64,000 nucleotides of DNA, taken from positions 15,871 to 79,870 of the forward strand of contig JAQBGW010000125.1 of NCBI GenBank assembly GCA_032128415.1, in the 5' to 3' direction. Both the position numbers and the translations under genes were made by a program. This DNA is from Betaproteobacteria bacterium. GTDB lineage: Bacteria; Pseudomonadota; Gammaproteobacteria; Burkholderiales; SG8-41. This document shows, piece after piece, positions 50,349-60,000 of the stretch (position 1 is the first letter of the stretch; each line of letters opens with the position of its first letter). Below the pieces are notes generated by a model. It saw only the letters and a list, made by a program, of their open reading frames with translations, searched no databases and was not told where the DNA came from.

Positions 50349-51368
50349 ATGAACTCGCTCCCTCGCATCGGCTTCATGCTCGGCGATGTTACTGGCATCG
50401 GTCCCGAAATCGCAGCCAAGCTGTTGGCGTCCAGCAAGATCGCCTCCCAGGCCGAAGTCGTCATCATCGGCGACCGACGGGTACTCAAACTCGGCATGCG
50501 CAATGCCGCCGTCAAAGTGCCGCACACGGTCTATGGTCGAATCGACGAGGTGCAATTTCCCCGTAACGATTTTCCAATGATCGACCTCGGCAACGTCGAT
50601 CCCGCGCAGTACCCGCAAGGCACATCGTCAGATGAGTCCGGCAAGCTCTGCGGCGACACGCTGAAGTTCATGATTGACTTGGCACTCGCTGGGAAACTCG
50701 ACGGCATCTGCTTTGCGCCCCTGAACAAGGGGGCGATGAACCGCGGCGGCTGGAAATTCAACGACGAGCACCAGATGTTCGCCAAGCTCACGGATCACAA
50801 GGGCTTTTTCGGCGAAATGAATGTCATTGAGCAATTCAGCACCTTCCGCGTGACATCGCATGTTGCGCTGCGCGAGGCAGTCAACCTGGTTACGCCAGAG
50901 CGCATCAGCGCCGCGGTTAATCTCGCCAATAATTCGCTGCGCGCCGCAGGCTGCGCCCACCCGCGTATCGGCGTCGCTGCGCTCAATCCGCACAACGGCG
51001 AGAATGGTCTGTTCGGCGACGAGGAAATCCGCATCATCCGTCCGACCGTAGACAAGCTGCGCGCCGAGGGAATCGACTGTCAGGGGCCCATCTCCTCCGA
51101 CGTGATATTCCTGAAAGCGTTGAAGAAAGAATTCGACGGCGTGGTGATGATGTACCACGACCAGGGCCAGATCGCGACCAAGCTGCTGGGTTTCAACAAA
51201 GGCGTCACTGTCACGGCTGGCCTGAAAACGGTATTCACCACGCCTGCGCATGGCACTGCCTACGACATCGTCGGCCAAGGCAAGGCTGACCCCGGCGCTA
51301 TGGAACACGCCTTCATGCTGGCAGCGAAACTGGCTGCCGGTCGAAAATCACAAAAGGCCGCCGCCTGA
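50349..51368 (+). CDS. pdxA: PdxA family dehydrogenase (probably catabolic, PdxA2-like)
   Basis: GDVTGIGPE, APLNK, TSHV, LNPHNGE, MYHDQG and PAHGTAYDI motifs. Confidence 0.85.
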   Translation: MNSLPRIGFMLGDVTGIGPEIAAKLLASSKIASQAEVVIIGDRRVLKLGMRNAAVKVPHTVYGRIDEVQFPRNDFPMIDLGNVDPAQYPQGTSSDESGKLCGDTLKFMIDLALAGKLDGICFAPLNKGAMNRGGWKFNDEHQMFAKLTDHKGFFGEMNVIEQFSTFRVTSHVALREAVNLVTPERISAAVNLANNSLRAAGCAHPRIGVAALNPHNGENGLFGDEEIRIIRPTVDKLRAEGIDCQGPISSDVIFLKALKKEFDGVVMMYHDQGQIATKLLGFNKGVTVTAGLKTVFTTPAHGTAYDIVGQGKADPGAMEHAFMLAAKLAAGRKSQKAAA

Positions 51369-51420
51369 TCAATATTCTCCCGTCTATAACACGCAATAAT
51401 AATTAATAAAGGATCTGAAC

Positions 51421-52392
51421 ATGAAAACTACCTTGTTCCGTTTGTTCACCGGCGCAATACTGGTCGCTGTCGGATCGTCCGGCATAGCCGCTGATTGGCA
51501 GCCGACCAAACCCATCCGCATGCTGGTGGGCTTCGCGCCCGGCGGCGGCACCGATACCACGGCCCGCGCGATGGCAACCAAACTCGGTGAACGGCTGGGT
51601 CAGCAAATCATCGTCGACAACCGCCCCGGTGCCGCCGGCAACATCGCCACTGAAATCACTGCCAAGGCACCGCCTGATGGCTACACGATACTGATGGGCA
51701 CCATAGCCGCTCTGGCCATCAATCCGTCGCTGTACAAAAAAATGTCGTTTAATCCGTTGACGGACGTGCTGCCGGTCTCGCGTGCCGTGGATTCGACCAA
51801 CATCCTGGTCGTGCACCCATCGGTGCCTGCCAAGAGCGTCAAGGAACTAATTACGATTGCCAAGATCAAGCCGTTGAATGGCGGCTCATCGGGCGTCGGC
51901 GGCGCCCCGCATCTCGCACTTGAATTATTCAACCTGCAGGCGCATACCAAGATCGTCCACATCCCCTACAAAGGCGGTGGCCCCGCGATAGTTGACCTGA
52001 TTGCCGGCAACATCGATCTCAGTTTCGCGACCGCGGCGAGTTCGGTCAACTTCATCAAGTCCGGACGCCTTCGTGCGCTCGCGGTTACTACTGCCAAGCG
52101 CTCCGACCTGGTGCCGGAACTGCCGACAATCTCCGAAGCCGGCTTGCCGGGTTTCGAGGCCAACAACTGGTACGGGATCCTCGTCCCCGCGAAAACACCG
52201 CGTTCGGTCATCGACCGCCTGAACAAGGAAATCATCGCGGTGCTGAACACGCCTGCTGTCAAGGCGTTCCTGTTCAAACAGGGCCTCGACATAGCACCCA
52301 GCACACCCGAAGCCTTCGCCGCCTACATCCGCTCCGAAACAGCGCAGTGGGAAAAAGTCATCAAGGCAGCCAAGCTGTATCACACCAATTGA
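51421..52392 (+). CDS. Bug/TctC family solute receptor
   Basis: APGGGTD, DNRPGAAG, HIPYKGG and NWYG motifs. Confidence 0.92.
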   Translation: MKTTLFRLFTGAILVAVGSSGIAADWQPTKPIRMLVGFAPGGGTDTTARAMATKLGERLGQQIIVDNRPGAAGNIATEITAKAPPDGYTILMGTIAALAINPSLYKKMSFNPLTDVLPVSRAVDSTNILVVHPSVPAKSVKELITIAKIKPLNGGSSGVGGAPHLALELFNLQAHTKIVHIPYKGGGPAIVDLIAGNIDLSFATAASSVNFIKSGRLRALAVTTAKRSDLVPELPTISEAGLPGFEANNWYGILVPAKTPRSVIDRLNKEIIAVLNTPAVKAFLFKQGLDIAPSTPEAFAAYIRSETAQWEKVIKAAKLYHTN

Positions 52393-52432
52393 TGGTTAAA
52401 AGCGCTGCCGCACAGAAATACTCAGCAAATTA

Positions 52433-52534
52433 GGTGTGAGTCGTCGCCGGCTTTCTGCCGGCCGACGACGCCACCGGGTTGATCTCGCGCGCATCAACCG
52501 GCCATGGATGACTTTCACGCCGGAAACCCATGGC
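52433..52534. other. Three consecutive hairpins between convergent Bug genes
   Basis: GTCGTCG-CCGGC/GCCGG-C-CGACGAC; GGTTGAT/ATCAACC; GCCATGG/CCATGGC. Confidence 0.5.
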
Positions 52535-52610
52535 TAAGTACCATCAAGACCGAAACAGGGAACTGCCTCATCAATTCCTCTATTTTTAAATCAAAACCAA
52601 CCCCGCACGA

Positions 52611-53597
52611 TTACTGCGGCGAGATGCCTGCGACATCCATCGCTTTCTTGTAACGCGCAATTTCCTTCGGCAGCAAATCGGCGATCTGCGCCGGGGTTTG
52701 CGGCCACGGCTCCACACCTTGCGTGTCGAGAAACTTCTTCGCGTCGGCGCTCGCCAGCACCTTGGTTACTGCTGCGTTGATCTGTCCGACAATCGCGGCC
52801 GATGTGCCCGCCGGTGCAAACAGCCCCCACCACAGGTGATACTCATAGCCCGGTGCACCGGACTGCGCGATCGACGGCACACCCGGAAACATCGGCGACG
52901 GCGTCAGGCTGCTCAGGCCGATGATGCGCACCCGCTTCGCATTAATCATCGGCAGCAATGCTGACTGGCTCGAGACCACTAATTCAATCTCCCCTGAAGC
53001 CAGCGCCGTCACCGCCGGTGCGATGCCTTTGTATGGGACATGCACGAGCTTGATACCCGCGGCGGCGGCAAATAATGCGCCAGAGAAATGGTTGTTACCC
53101 CCCGTGCCGGAAGATGCGTAATTGAGCTTGCCAGGGTTCTTTTTCGCCAGCGCGATAAGCTCCTTTACCGATCGGACCGGAAGCGAAGGGTGTACCGCAA
53201 GCAGCATCGGCGCACGGGCAAATGTCGCGATCGGAATAATGGCTTTCGCCGGATCGAACGGCAGCTTCTTGCGTACTGCCGCAGTAGCCGGATATGACGA
53301 AGTTGTGGAAAGCAGCGTATAGCCGTCGGCAGCAGCCTTGCTGACAATTTCAGCGCCGATCATGCCACTTGCCCCGGGACGATTGTCGACCAGCACGTTT
53401 TTACCCCACATGTCGCCAAGACGTTTCGCTAGCCCGCGCGCGATGACATCGGTAGAACCACCGGCGCTGTACGGCACGACAACCTGGACGTTTTTCGTCG
53501 GATACCCCTGCGCTGCCGCATGCGACACCAAACCGCCACATGCCACAACGAGCAGTACCGCAGCAATCAGCTCTGAATACAACAATTCCTTTTTCAT
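52611..53597 (-). CDS. Bug/TctC family solute receptor
   Basis: SAGGSTD, DNRPGASG and HVPYKG motifs. GAGGAGG RBS before MKKELL. Confidence 0.92.
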   Translation of the reverse strand: MKKELLYSELIAAVLLVVACGGLVSHAAAQGYPTKNVQVVVPYSAGGSTDVIARGLAKRLGDMWGKNVLVDNRPGASGMIGAEIVSKAAADGYTLLSTTSSYPATAAVRKKLPFDPAKAIIPIATFARAPMLLAVHPSLPVRSVKELIALAKKNPGKLNYASSGTGGNNHFSGALFAAAAGIKLVHVPYKGIAPAVTALASGEIELVVSSQSALLPMINAKRVRIIGLSSLTPSPMFPGVPSIAQSGAPGYEYHLWWGLFAPAGTSAAIVGQINAAVTKVLASADAKKFLDTQGVEPWPQTPAQIADLLPKEIARYKKAMDVAGISPQ

Positions 53598-53708
53598 ATT
53601 GCCTCCTCTTGATGAACAGTCAGGTGAAATAAAATCCCAATCCCGGGTCAAACCAATAGCCCCAGTAGATAATTAATGTTCGTTCCGCACCACCACATAC
53701 TTCATCAA

Positions 53709-53734
53709 CCCTCTCCCTCTCCCTCTCCCTCTCC
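53709..53734. repeat. Hexanucleotide tandem repeat (CCCTCT)x4 in a divergent intergenic region
   Basis: ccctctccctctccctctccctctcc. Confidence 0.7.
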
Positions 53735-53997
53735 TTTAGTGCGCAGAGAGTGCTGCAAATACAATTTGTCAGTGTTTCCTTTCTGAACTTTTGATTTTGC
53801 AGCCAAATAGCCTACATTGAAACAGCATTGCCGGACTATCTACCATTTTATTTTCACATAACAGAATTACGGTGCCCGGCCTTGGTCGGGCACTTCAAAT
53901 CGTTGCGCTGCTTTACAATCCGACTCCGAACCCTCAATTCAGTCAAGAACAATCTGCCAAATATTCAACCTTGTAAAGAATAAAGGAAATCGAAAAA

Positions 53998-55017
53998 ATG
54001 ATCATCGATTGCCACGGCCACTATACAACGGCTCCAAAATCACTCGAAGCTTTCCGCCAGAAGCAGGTGGATGGGCTGAAGGATGCGACACTCAGTCCGG
54101 CAAAAAATTCATTGCAAATCAGCGATGATGAAATCCGTGCAGGGATCGAAGGCGCTCAGCTCAGAATCCAGCGCGAGCGCGGCACTGACATGACAATCTT
54201 CTCCCCACGCGCCGGCGGCATGGGCCACCACATCGGCAATGCCACTACCAGCGAGCTGTGGTCCGACATCTGCAACGAACTGATCCACCGCGTGTGCACA
54301 CTGTATCCAAAAAACTTTGTCGGCGTCTGCCAATTGCCGCAAAGCCCCGGTGTGCGGCCCGACAACTGCATTGCCGAACTGGAGCGCTGCGTCAACGACT
54401 ACGGCTTCATCGGCTGCAACCTGAATCCGGATCCCTCAGGTGGCTACTGGACCGACCCACCACTGACCGACAAGTGGTGGTATCCACTCTACGAAAAACT
54501 GGTCGAACTCGATGTGCCGGCGATGGTGCATGTCAGCGCGTCCTGCAATCCGGCTTTCCATTTCACCGGTGCGCATTATATCAACGGCGACACCACGGCC
54601 TTCATGCAGTTCATCACCGCGGACCTGTTCAAGGATTTCCCGACGCTGCGCTTCGTCATTCCGCACGGCGGCGGCGCAGTGCCCTACCACTGGGGCCGTT
54701 ATCGCGGGCTCGCGCAGGACATGGGCAAACCGCTGCTGAAGGATTTTCTGCTGAACAACGTGTATTTCGACACCTGCGTCTATCATCAGGCCGGCATCGA
54801 CCTGCTGACCAAGGTCATCCCGGCAGACAATATTCTGTTCGCTTCCGAAATCGTCGGCGCGGTGCGCGGCATCGATCCGGAAACGGGGCATTACTACGAT
54901 GACACCAAGCGCTATATCGACAACGTCGATGGTCTCAGCGTGGCGGACAAGGAAAAGATATTCAGCGGCAATGTGCGCAAGGTGTATCCGCGTCTCAAAG
55001 AGTTGGCCGCACGGTAA
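53998..55017 (+). CDS. ligJ: 4-oxalomesaconate hydratase (amidohydrolase family)
   Basis: MIIDCHGHYTT, IFSPRA, LPQSPG, NPDPSGG, PHGGGAVPYHWGR and FASE..GAVRGIDP motifs, characteristic of LigJ/PmdE. Confidence 0.88.
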   Translation: MIIDCHGHYTTAPKSLEAFRQKQVDGLKDATLSPAKNSLQISDDEIRAGIEGAQLRIQRERGTDMTIFSPRAGGMGHHIGNATTSELWSDICNELIHRVCTLYPKNFVGVCQLPQSPGVRPDNCIAELERCVNDYGFIGCNLNPDPSGGYWTDPPLTDKWWYPLYEKLVELDVPAMVHVSASCNPAFHFTGAHYINGDTTAFMQFITADLFKDFPTLRFVIPHGGGAVPYHWGRYRGLAQDMGKPLLKDFLLNNVYFDTCVYHQAGIDLLTKVIPADNILFASEIVGAVRGIDPETGHYYDDTKRYIDNVDGLSVADKEKIFSGNVRKVYPRLKELAAR

Positions 55018-55066
55018 GTAGCAAGATAAAAAAGATAAATATTTAATAAAAAACAATAAGTTATTC

Positions 55067-56329
55067 TCAGGCCGTACCGGCAGCGGGAGCGACGGCAGCA
55101 ACCGGCCGCTGATGACGCGGCAGCCAGAGCGCCAGCGGGATGGCGAGAAAACCGATCGCGGAGGCGACGAGTATGGCCGATGTGTAGTTGCCCGAGTGGT
55201 CGAACAGCGCGCCGCCGATCCAGCCGCCAAGAGCCATGCCGGTACTCCCGCCGATCATCTCGAACGAAAAAATCGAACTCAGTGGCGCCTTGGCGCCGAA
55301 CATCTGCCGGTTGATGATCGGGAATCCGACCATCTCGCCACCGTAGCAGATGCCGAAAAAGACCGCGAAGGCATAGAAGTGCCATACCTCGGTGGCAAAA
55401 AGCAGCAGCAGAATCGACAGGCTCTGGCCGAAGATCGCCCCCGAAAGAATGGTGCGCCCGCCGAAACGTTCGGTGAGCAGCGAAAAACTGAAGCGGCTGA
55501 AAATCGATACGTCGGCGATCGTGCTCAGCACACCCGCCGCCTGCAGGCCCGGTATTCCCTGGTGGGTTGCCATCGAAACGCCGTGCGCAAGAATTACGGC
55601 ATGCCCGGCGCAGCCGAGATGGTGGCATCCCATCAGCAGCCATACCGGCCGGCTGGAGAGCACTGAACGCATGCTGACCGGCGCGCTGGACACCTGCTTC
55701 TCATTCGCCGCGTCCTCGGCGCCGTAGGCGGTCAGCCCCATCTCGGCCGGATTCGTCCGTATGAACCAGGAAAAGAACAGAAGAACCACGCCGAAGGCGA
55801 GGCCGAACACCAGGAATGCCGATTCCCAGCCGCGGTTCTCGATCATCCAGCGGAACAGCAGCGCAAAAACCACCGGGCCAAGTCCCAACCCGGCCCAGTA
55901 GATGCCGAGCGCGAGCCCCATTTTTTTATGGAACCAGCGGGTGATGATGACCGGCAGCAGCACCACGAAGGCCGCATTGCCCAGGGCACCAACGAACACG
56001 CCGTAAATCACATAGAGATGCCACAGTTCCTGAATCGTCCCAAGCAGAACCGTGCCCGCAGAAATCATCAGTGACGCGCCAAGCATGAGCGTGCGTGCGC
56101 TGAAGCGGTCGCCGAGCCAGCCGAACACCAGCATCGCGGGCATGCTGCAAAGGAACGCGAGTGAATAGGCAAGGCCGATGTCGCCGCGCTTCCAGCTGAA
56201 TTTCTCGACCAGCGGATCGACCAGCACGGCGAATGACGCTGAATCGGCGCGGCTGACGACACCCAAAACACACGCCGCCGCGAGAATGATCCAGGCGTGA
56301 TGTACCCCGTATTTCCGGAGGAAAGTCAT
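55067..56329 (-). CDS. MFS transporter
   Basis: 12 hydrophobic segments and GWLGDRFSAR motif A. Confidence 0.88.
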   Translation of the reverse strand: MTFLRKYGVHHAWIILAAACVLGVVSRADSASFAVLVDPLVEKFSWKRGDIGLAYSLAFLCSMPAMLVFGWLGDRFSARTLMLGASLMISAGTVLLGTIQELWHLYVIYGVFVGALGNAAFVVLLPVIITRWFHKKMGLALGIYWAGLGLGPVVFALLFRWMIENRGWESAFLVFGLAFGVVLLFFSWFIRTNPAEMGLTAYGAEDAANEKQVSSAPVSMRSVLSSRPVWLLMGCHHLGCAGHAVILAHGVSMATHQGIPGLQAAGVLSTIADVSIFSRFSFSLLTERFGGRTILSGAIFGQSLSILLLLFATEVWHFYAFAVFFGICYGGEMVGFPIINRQMFGAKAPLSSIFSFEMIGGSTGMALGGWIGGALFDHSGNYTSAILVASAIGFLAIPLALWLPRHQRPVAAVAPAAGTA

Positions 56330-56409
56330 GAGCGGAATGTTCTTCGCAAAAGAAGTCAGGCAGTCACGAGACGCATTATATAAATAAGTATTTGTTTTTA
56401 AACGCTATT

Positions 56410-57537
56410 TTATTCCGGTGCCAGCCCCGGCACCGGGCGCCGCCGCTCGAGGTGGAAACGCACCAACGCTGCCAGCCGGTACATGCCATGCACGAACTTG
56501 CCATAGGGCATGGTGAGGAACAACGCGAGCACAAAGCCGAGATGCACCGCAAGCAGCGTGCCCATTGCCGCGGCTTCGCGGAAGGCGAGCAACAGCAAAC
56601 CCGTCAGGCTGATCATGAACAGCAGCACCAGAAAGCCCGCATCCATGCCGGCCTGTTCCGGCACCTTGAATTCGGGATCGCGCTGATGTTTGATCCAGAG
56701 CAGTCCCGCAGGCCCGATCAGCAGACCCAGTCCGCCGACGGTGCCCAGCAATACCGGCAGGCTCCAGAACGGATACGGCGCCGGTTGTTTCAATACATAG
56801 TGATAGAACGTTGCCACGCTGGTGGCCGCGAAGCACAGCATGAAACCGTAGAACGTCAGGTGGTGACAGGTCTTGCGCGAAAATGACTTCTGCTCGGTCG
56901 GGTATGTGCAGCCTTCGTTCTCTCCGCCGCCGTCCAGGTACTTCAGCGTCAACGCGTCCACGGTCGCCTCGCCCAGCGGTTTCGGCTTGAAGAAATCGGC
57001 CAGATCTTCGCCCATGTACGGCCAGAAGCGCAGGAATCCCATCAGCAGCGCAATGGCTACGAACACCGACACCACGCCGAACACGCCCGCCATCAGGTTG
57101 TGCGGCATCAGCGCATAGAACGAGCCTTGCGCGTCGCTGTGCGCTGTAAAAAAAGCCGTCGGATTGGTCAGCGCGCCGGCCAGCAGGAACAGCAGGCCGA
57201 TGCTGAAGGCGGTGATCAGGCTGACCGCCACGCCGTTTTGCTCATAGAGCGCACCGAGGAAACCGGGCCAAGCGTATTTGCGGTAAGTCTGACCACGTAC
57301 CTTGGCCATCAGCTTGGGAAAATTCACCTGGAATTCATGCGGCGGCGCAAACTGGCAGGCATAGAGACACGAGCCGCAGTTGTGGCACAGGTTACCGAGG
57401 TAATGGATATCGTTCTCGGTGAATTCGAGACGGCGCGCCAGTGCCGGAAACACCGCACAGTAGCCTTCGCAGTAACGGCAGGCATTGCACACGCGCAGTA
57501 CGCGCTGTGCATCCTCGATCAGTTCATCGAGAGACAT
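56410..57537 (-). CDS. tcuB: Tricarballylate utilization 4Fe-4S membrane protein
   Basis: CNACRYCEGYCAVFP, CHNCGSCLYACQFAPPHEF, HHLTFYGF and PYGKFVH motifs. Confidence 0.92.
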   Translation of the reverse strand: MSLDELIEDAQRVLRVCNACRYCEGYCAVFPALARRLEFTENDIHYLGNLCHNCGSCLYACQFAPPHEFQVNFPKLMAKVRGQTYRKYAWPGFLGALYEQNGVAVSLITAFSIGLLFLLAGALTNPTAFFTAHSDAQGSFYALMPHNLMAGVFGVVSVFVAIALLMGFLRFWPYMGEDLADFFKPKPLGEATVDALTLKYLDGGGENEGCTYPTEQKSFSRKTCHHLTFYGFMLCFAATSVATFYHYVLKQPAPYPFWSLPVLLGTVGGLGLLIGPAGLLWIKHQRDPEFKVPEQAGMDAGFLVLLFMISLTGLLLLAFREAAAMGTLLAVHLGFVLALFLTMPYGKFVHGMYRLAALVRFHLERRRPVPGLAPE

Positions 57538-57547
57538 GGGTTGGTCT

Positions 57548-58945
57548 TCAGCCGCGAACATAATGTGCCGCCGCCTCCCCCGCGATGCGCCCGAACGTAG
57601 TGCCGATGGACATACCAATGCCCGCCAGGTAGCCCTTGCCCAATACGTTGCCTGCCATGATTTCCCCTGCTGCGAAAATGTTTTTGCACACCGTATCGTC
57701 CTGCAGAACCATCCGTGACCGGTCATCCACGGTCACCCCCAGATAAGTAAAGGTGATGCCGGGCCGCAACGGATAACCGAAATACGGCGGTGTATCGAGT
57801 TTCAACGCCCAATGTGTTTTCGGCGGCGTGAGTCCTTCAGTGACGCAATCGTCCTGGATGGTGTGATCGAATGTGCCGGGGCGCACAGCCGCGTTGAATT
57901 CGGCAACAGTCTTTTCCAGTGCATCCGGATCAATTTCCATCTTGGTCGCCAATTCGCGCAGTGTATTGGCACGGATCGGCGGATACACCGGTGGCATGAA
58001 CTTGCCCATGGCCTTGGCATCGACGATGGAATAGCCGATCTGATCCGGCTGCCCCGCCACCAGTCGGCCCCAGATCGCATAACGCTTGGGCCAGAAATCT
58101 TCGCCCTCGTCATAGAAGCGCTGCGCATGTTTGTTGACCACGATACCCAGTGAGACCGCATCGACGCGGGTGATGATGCCGCCGTCGTATTTCGGCGAAC
58201 GCGCGTCGATGGCCACGCAATGGCCCTGCGTCGCGTCACTGACGGTTTTCGCACCCTTGGCGATCAGCACTTTCAGTATGTCGCCGCGGTTGTACGGCGT
58301 GCCGCGCACCAGGAAGTTCTTGGCCGCGGGGCCCCACGCCTCTTCCAGCCATTCGAGGTTCGCCTGGAAGCCGCCACAGGCAATGACCACGGCCTTGGCG
58401 CGCACCCGGTACTCGGCGCCTTGATACGTAAAGGCGGCCGACTTGAAAGTATCACCCTCGATTTCGATGTCGCTGACCTTGGCTTCGTAGTGGATGTCTA
58501 TGCCCAGCCGTTCCGCCGAGTGGTAATAGGCGTTGACCAGCGCCTTGCCACCGCCCAGGAAAAACGCATTGGTGCGTGACAGGTGCAGCGTGCCGCCCAG
58601 CGGCGGCTGAAAACGCACACCGTGTTTGTACATCCACGGCCGGCACGACGACGTATGTTTGAGGGTCAGGCGTGCAAGATGCTCATCGGTCAGACCGCCG
58701 GTGACTTTCAGCAGATCCTGCCAGTATTCCTCTTCGGAATAAGCGCCGGTCAAAATGTCCTGCGGTTCTTCGTGCATGCAGCGCAGATTGCGGGTGTGCC
58801 GGCTGTTGCCGCCGCGAAATGGTTTCGGTGCGCCTTCCAGCAACAACACGCTGCAGCCCGCTTCGCGCGCCATCAGCGCCGCGCACAACGCTGCGTTGCC
58901 GCCGCCAACTACCAATATGTCCCAGGTTTTTTCAGTGTCGATCAT
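57548..58945 (-). CDS. tcuA: FAD-dependent tricarballylate dehydrogenase
   Basis: GGGNAALCAA, GGNSRHTRN, RTNAFFLGGGK, GEDFWPKRYAIWG and AGEIMAGN motifs. Adjacent to tcuB. Confidence 0.92.
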   Translation of the reverse strand: MIDTEKTWDILVVGGGNAALCAALMAREAGCSVLLLEGAPKPFRGGNSRHTRNLRCMHEEPQDILTGAYSEEEYWQDLLKVTGGLTDEHLARLTLKHTSSCRPWMYKHGVRFQPPLGGTLHLSRTNAFFLGGGKALVNAYYHSAERLGIDIHYEAKVSDIEIEGDTFKSAAFTYQGAEYRVRAKAVVIACGGFQANLEWLEEAWGPAAKNFLVRGTPYNRGDILKVLIAKGAKTVSDATQGHCVAIDARSPKYDGGIITRVDAVSLGIVVNKHAQRFYDEGEDFWPKRYAIWGRLVAGQPDQIGYSIVDAKAMGKFMPPVYPPIRANTLRELATKMEIDPDALEKTVAEFNAAVRPGTFDHTIQDDCVTEGLTPPKTHWALKLDTPPYFGYPLRPGITFTYLGVTVDDRSRMVLQDDTVCKNIFAAGEIMAGNVLGKGYLAGIGMSIGTTFGRIAGEAAAHYVRG

Positions 58946-59009
58946 GATGGCGCATACAAAATGTGGGCGGATTATACGGGTCGCCGTTGCGCAATCCAAC
59001 GATCAGGAT

Positions 59010-59885
59010 TCACATCGTGAACAATTCATCGATAGTCAATCGCCGCGGGATTAATCCCTGCTGGTGCGTGTACTGAATAATCAACTCAAGAGTTGGCCGC
59101 AGCACATCTACACCGGAGCGGATGGCGGCGCGACCCGGCATGTCCGCTGGTACCGCCGCAGTGCTGGCGTCGAGCAGGCGCAGAACTTCCGTACCCACCC
59201 AGGGTTGCTCACGCGCAATGCGCTGATGCATCACCATCATATGGTTGAGCGGCAGCACGCCATACCGCTTGCACCACTGCGCCAGCGCCGCCTGCGGATC
59301 GGGGATCAGGGATTTCAGCTGCGTGCCGTCTATATCCTTGGCCGACACCACGCCGGCAGCGAGTTCGCCGTCGCGTAACATGCCGAGCAGCGTTTTACCC
59401 TGTGGCGCCCGTGTTACGTTCGCTGGCTCGACACATTCCGGCACATGCGGGTCTTCAAAAGTCACCCAGTTCACGCGATTAAGATCAACGCCGTGATCGT
59501 TGGCCAGAATCCCGCGTACCCAGGTCACCGTGGTCACTGAATGCGCGCGAATGCCGACGCGGCGGCCGTGCAGATCGACGGGCTTCAGTTCGCCGCGAGT
59601 CCCGTTATAGGCAATGCAGGGATGCGGCGGTATCGCCATGACCACGGTCGGCAGCAGGATCAGCGGTTTGCCGTAGGCCAGTGCCTGCAGATAAGTCACA
59701 ATCGCCAGTTCGGCGACATCGAATTCGCCGCGGATCACCGCCTTGAATGCGTTCTGCGGCAGCTTCACATCCGCGTAGTCAAAAGCCAGGCGCGGCGAAG
59801 GCACGGCACCAGATTTAAGCGCCGCAGTATTGGGATACTCGCCCAGCAAGGAGCGGATGCGCAGGGAATCAGTCATGGATGTCAT
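59010..59885 (-). CDS. 4,5-dihydroxyphthalate decarboxylase-like / periplasmic-binding-fold protein
   Basis: EFDVAELA, RVGIRAHSVTTVTWVRGIL and PLNHMMV motifs. Confidence 0.72.
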   Translation of the reverse strand: MTSMTDSLRIRSLLGEYPNTAALKSGAVPSPRLAFDYADVKLPQNAFKAVIRGEFDVAELAIVTYLQALAYGKPLILLPTVVMAIPPHPCIAYNGTRGELKPVDLHGRRVGIRAHSVTTVTWVRGILANDHGVDLNRVNWVTFEDPHVPECVEPANVTRAPQGKTLLGMLRDGELAAGVVSAKDIDGTQLKSLIPDPQAALAQWCKRYGVLPLNHMMVMHQRIAREQPWVGTEVLRLLDASTAAVPADMPGRAAIRSGVDVLRPTLELIIQYTHQQGLIPRRLTIDELFTM

Positions 59886-60000
59886 GAACTATGCTTGTCC
59901 GGATTGGTCATTGATCACCGACAGTCGCAAATATGCCTCGTCATCCTATAGTCAGGGTTTGACGTTAGACTGATGATGCACGATACCAGAGGAACCGCCC

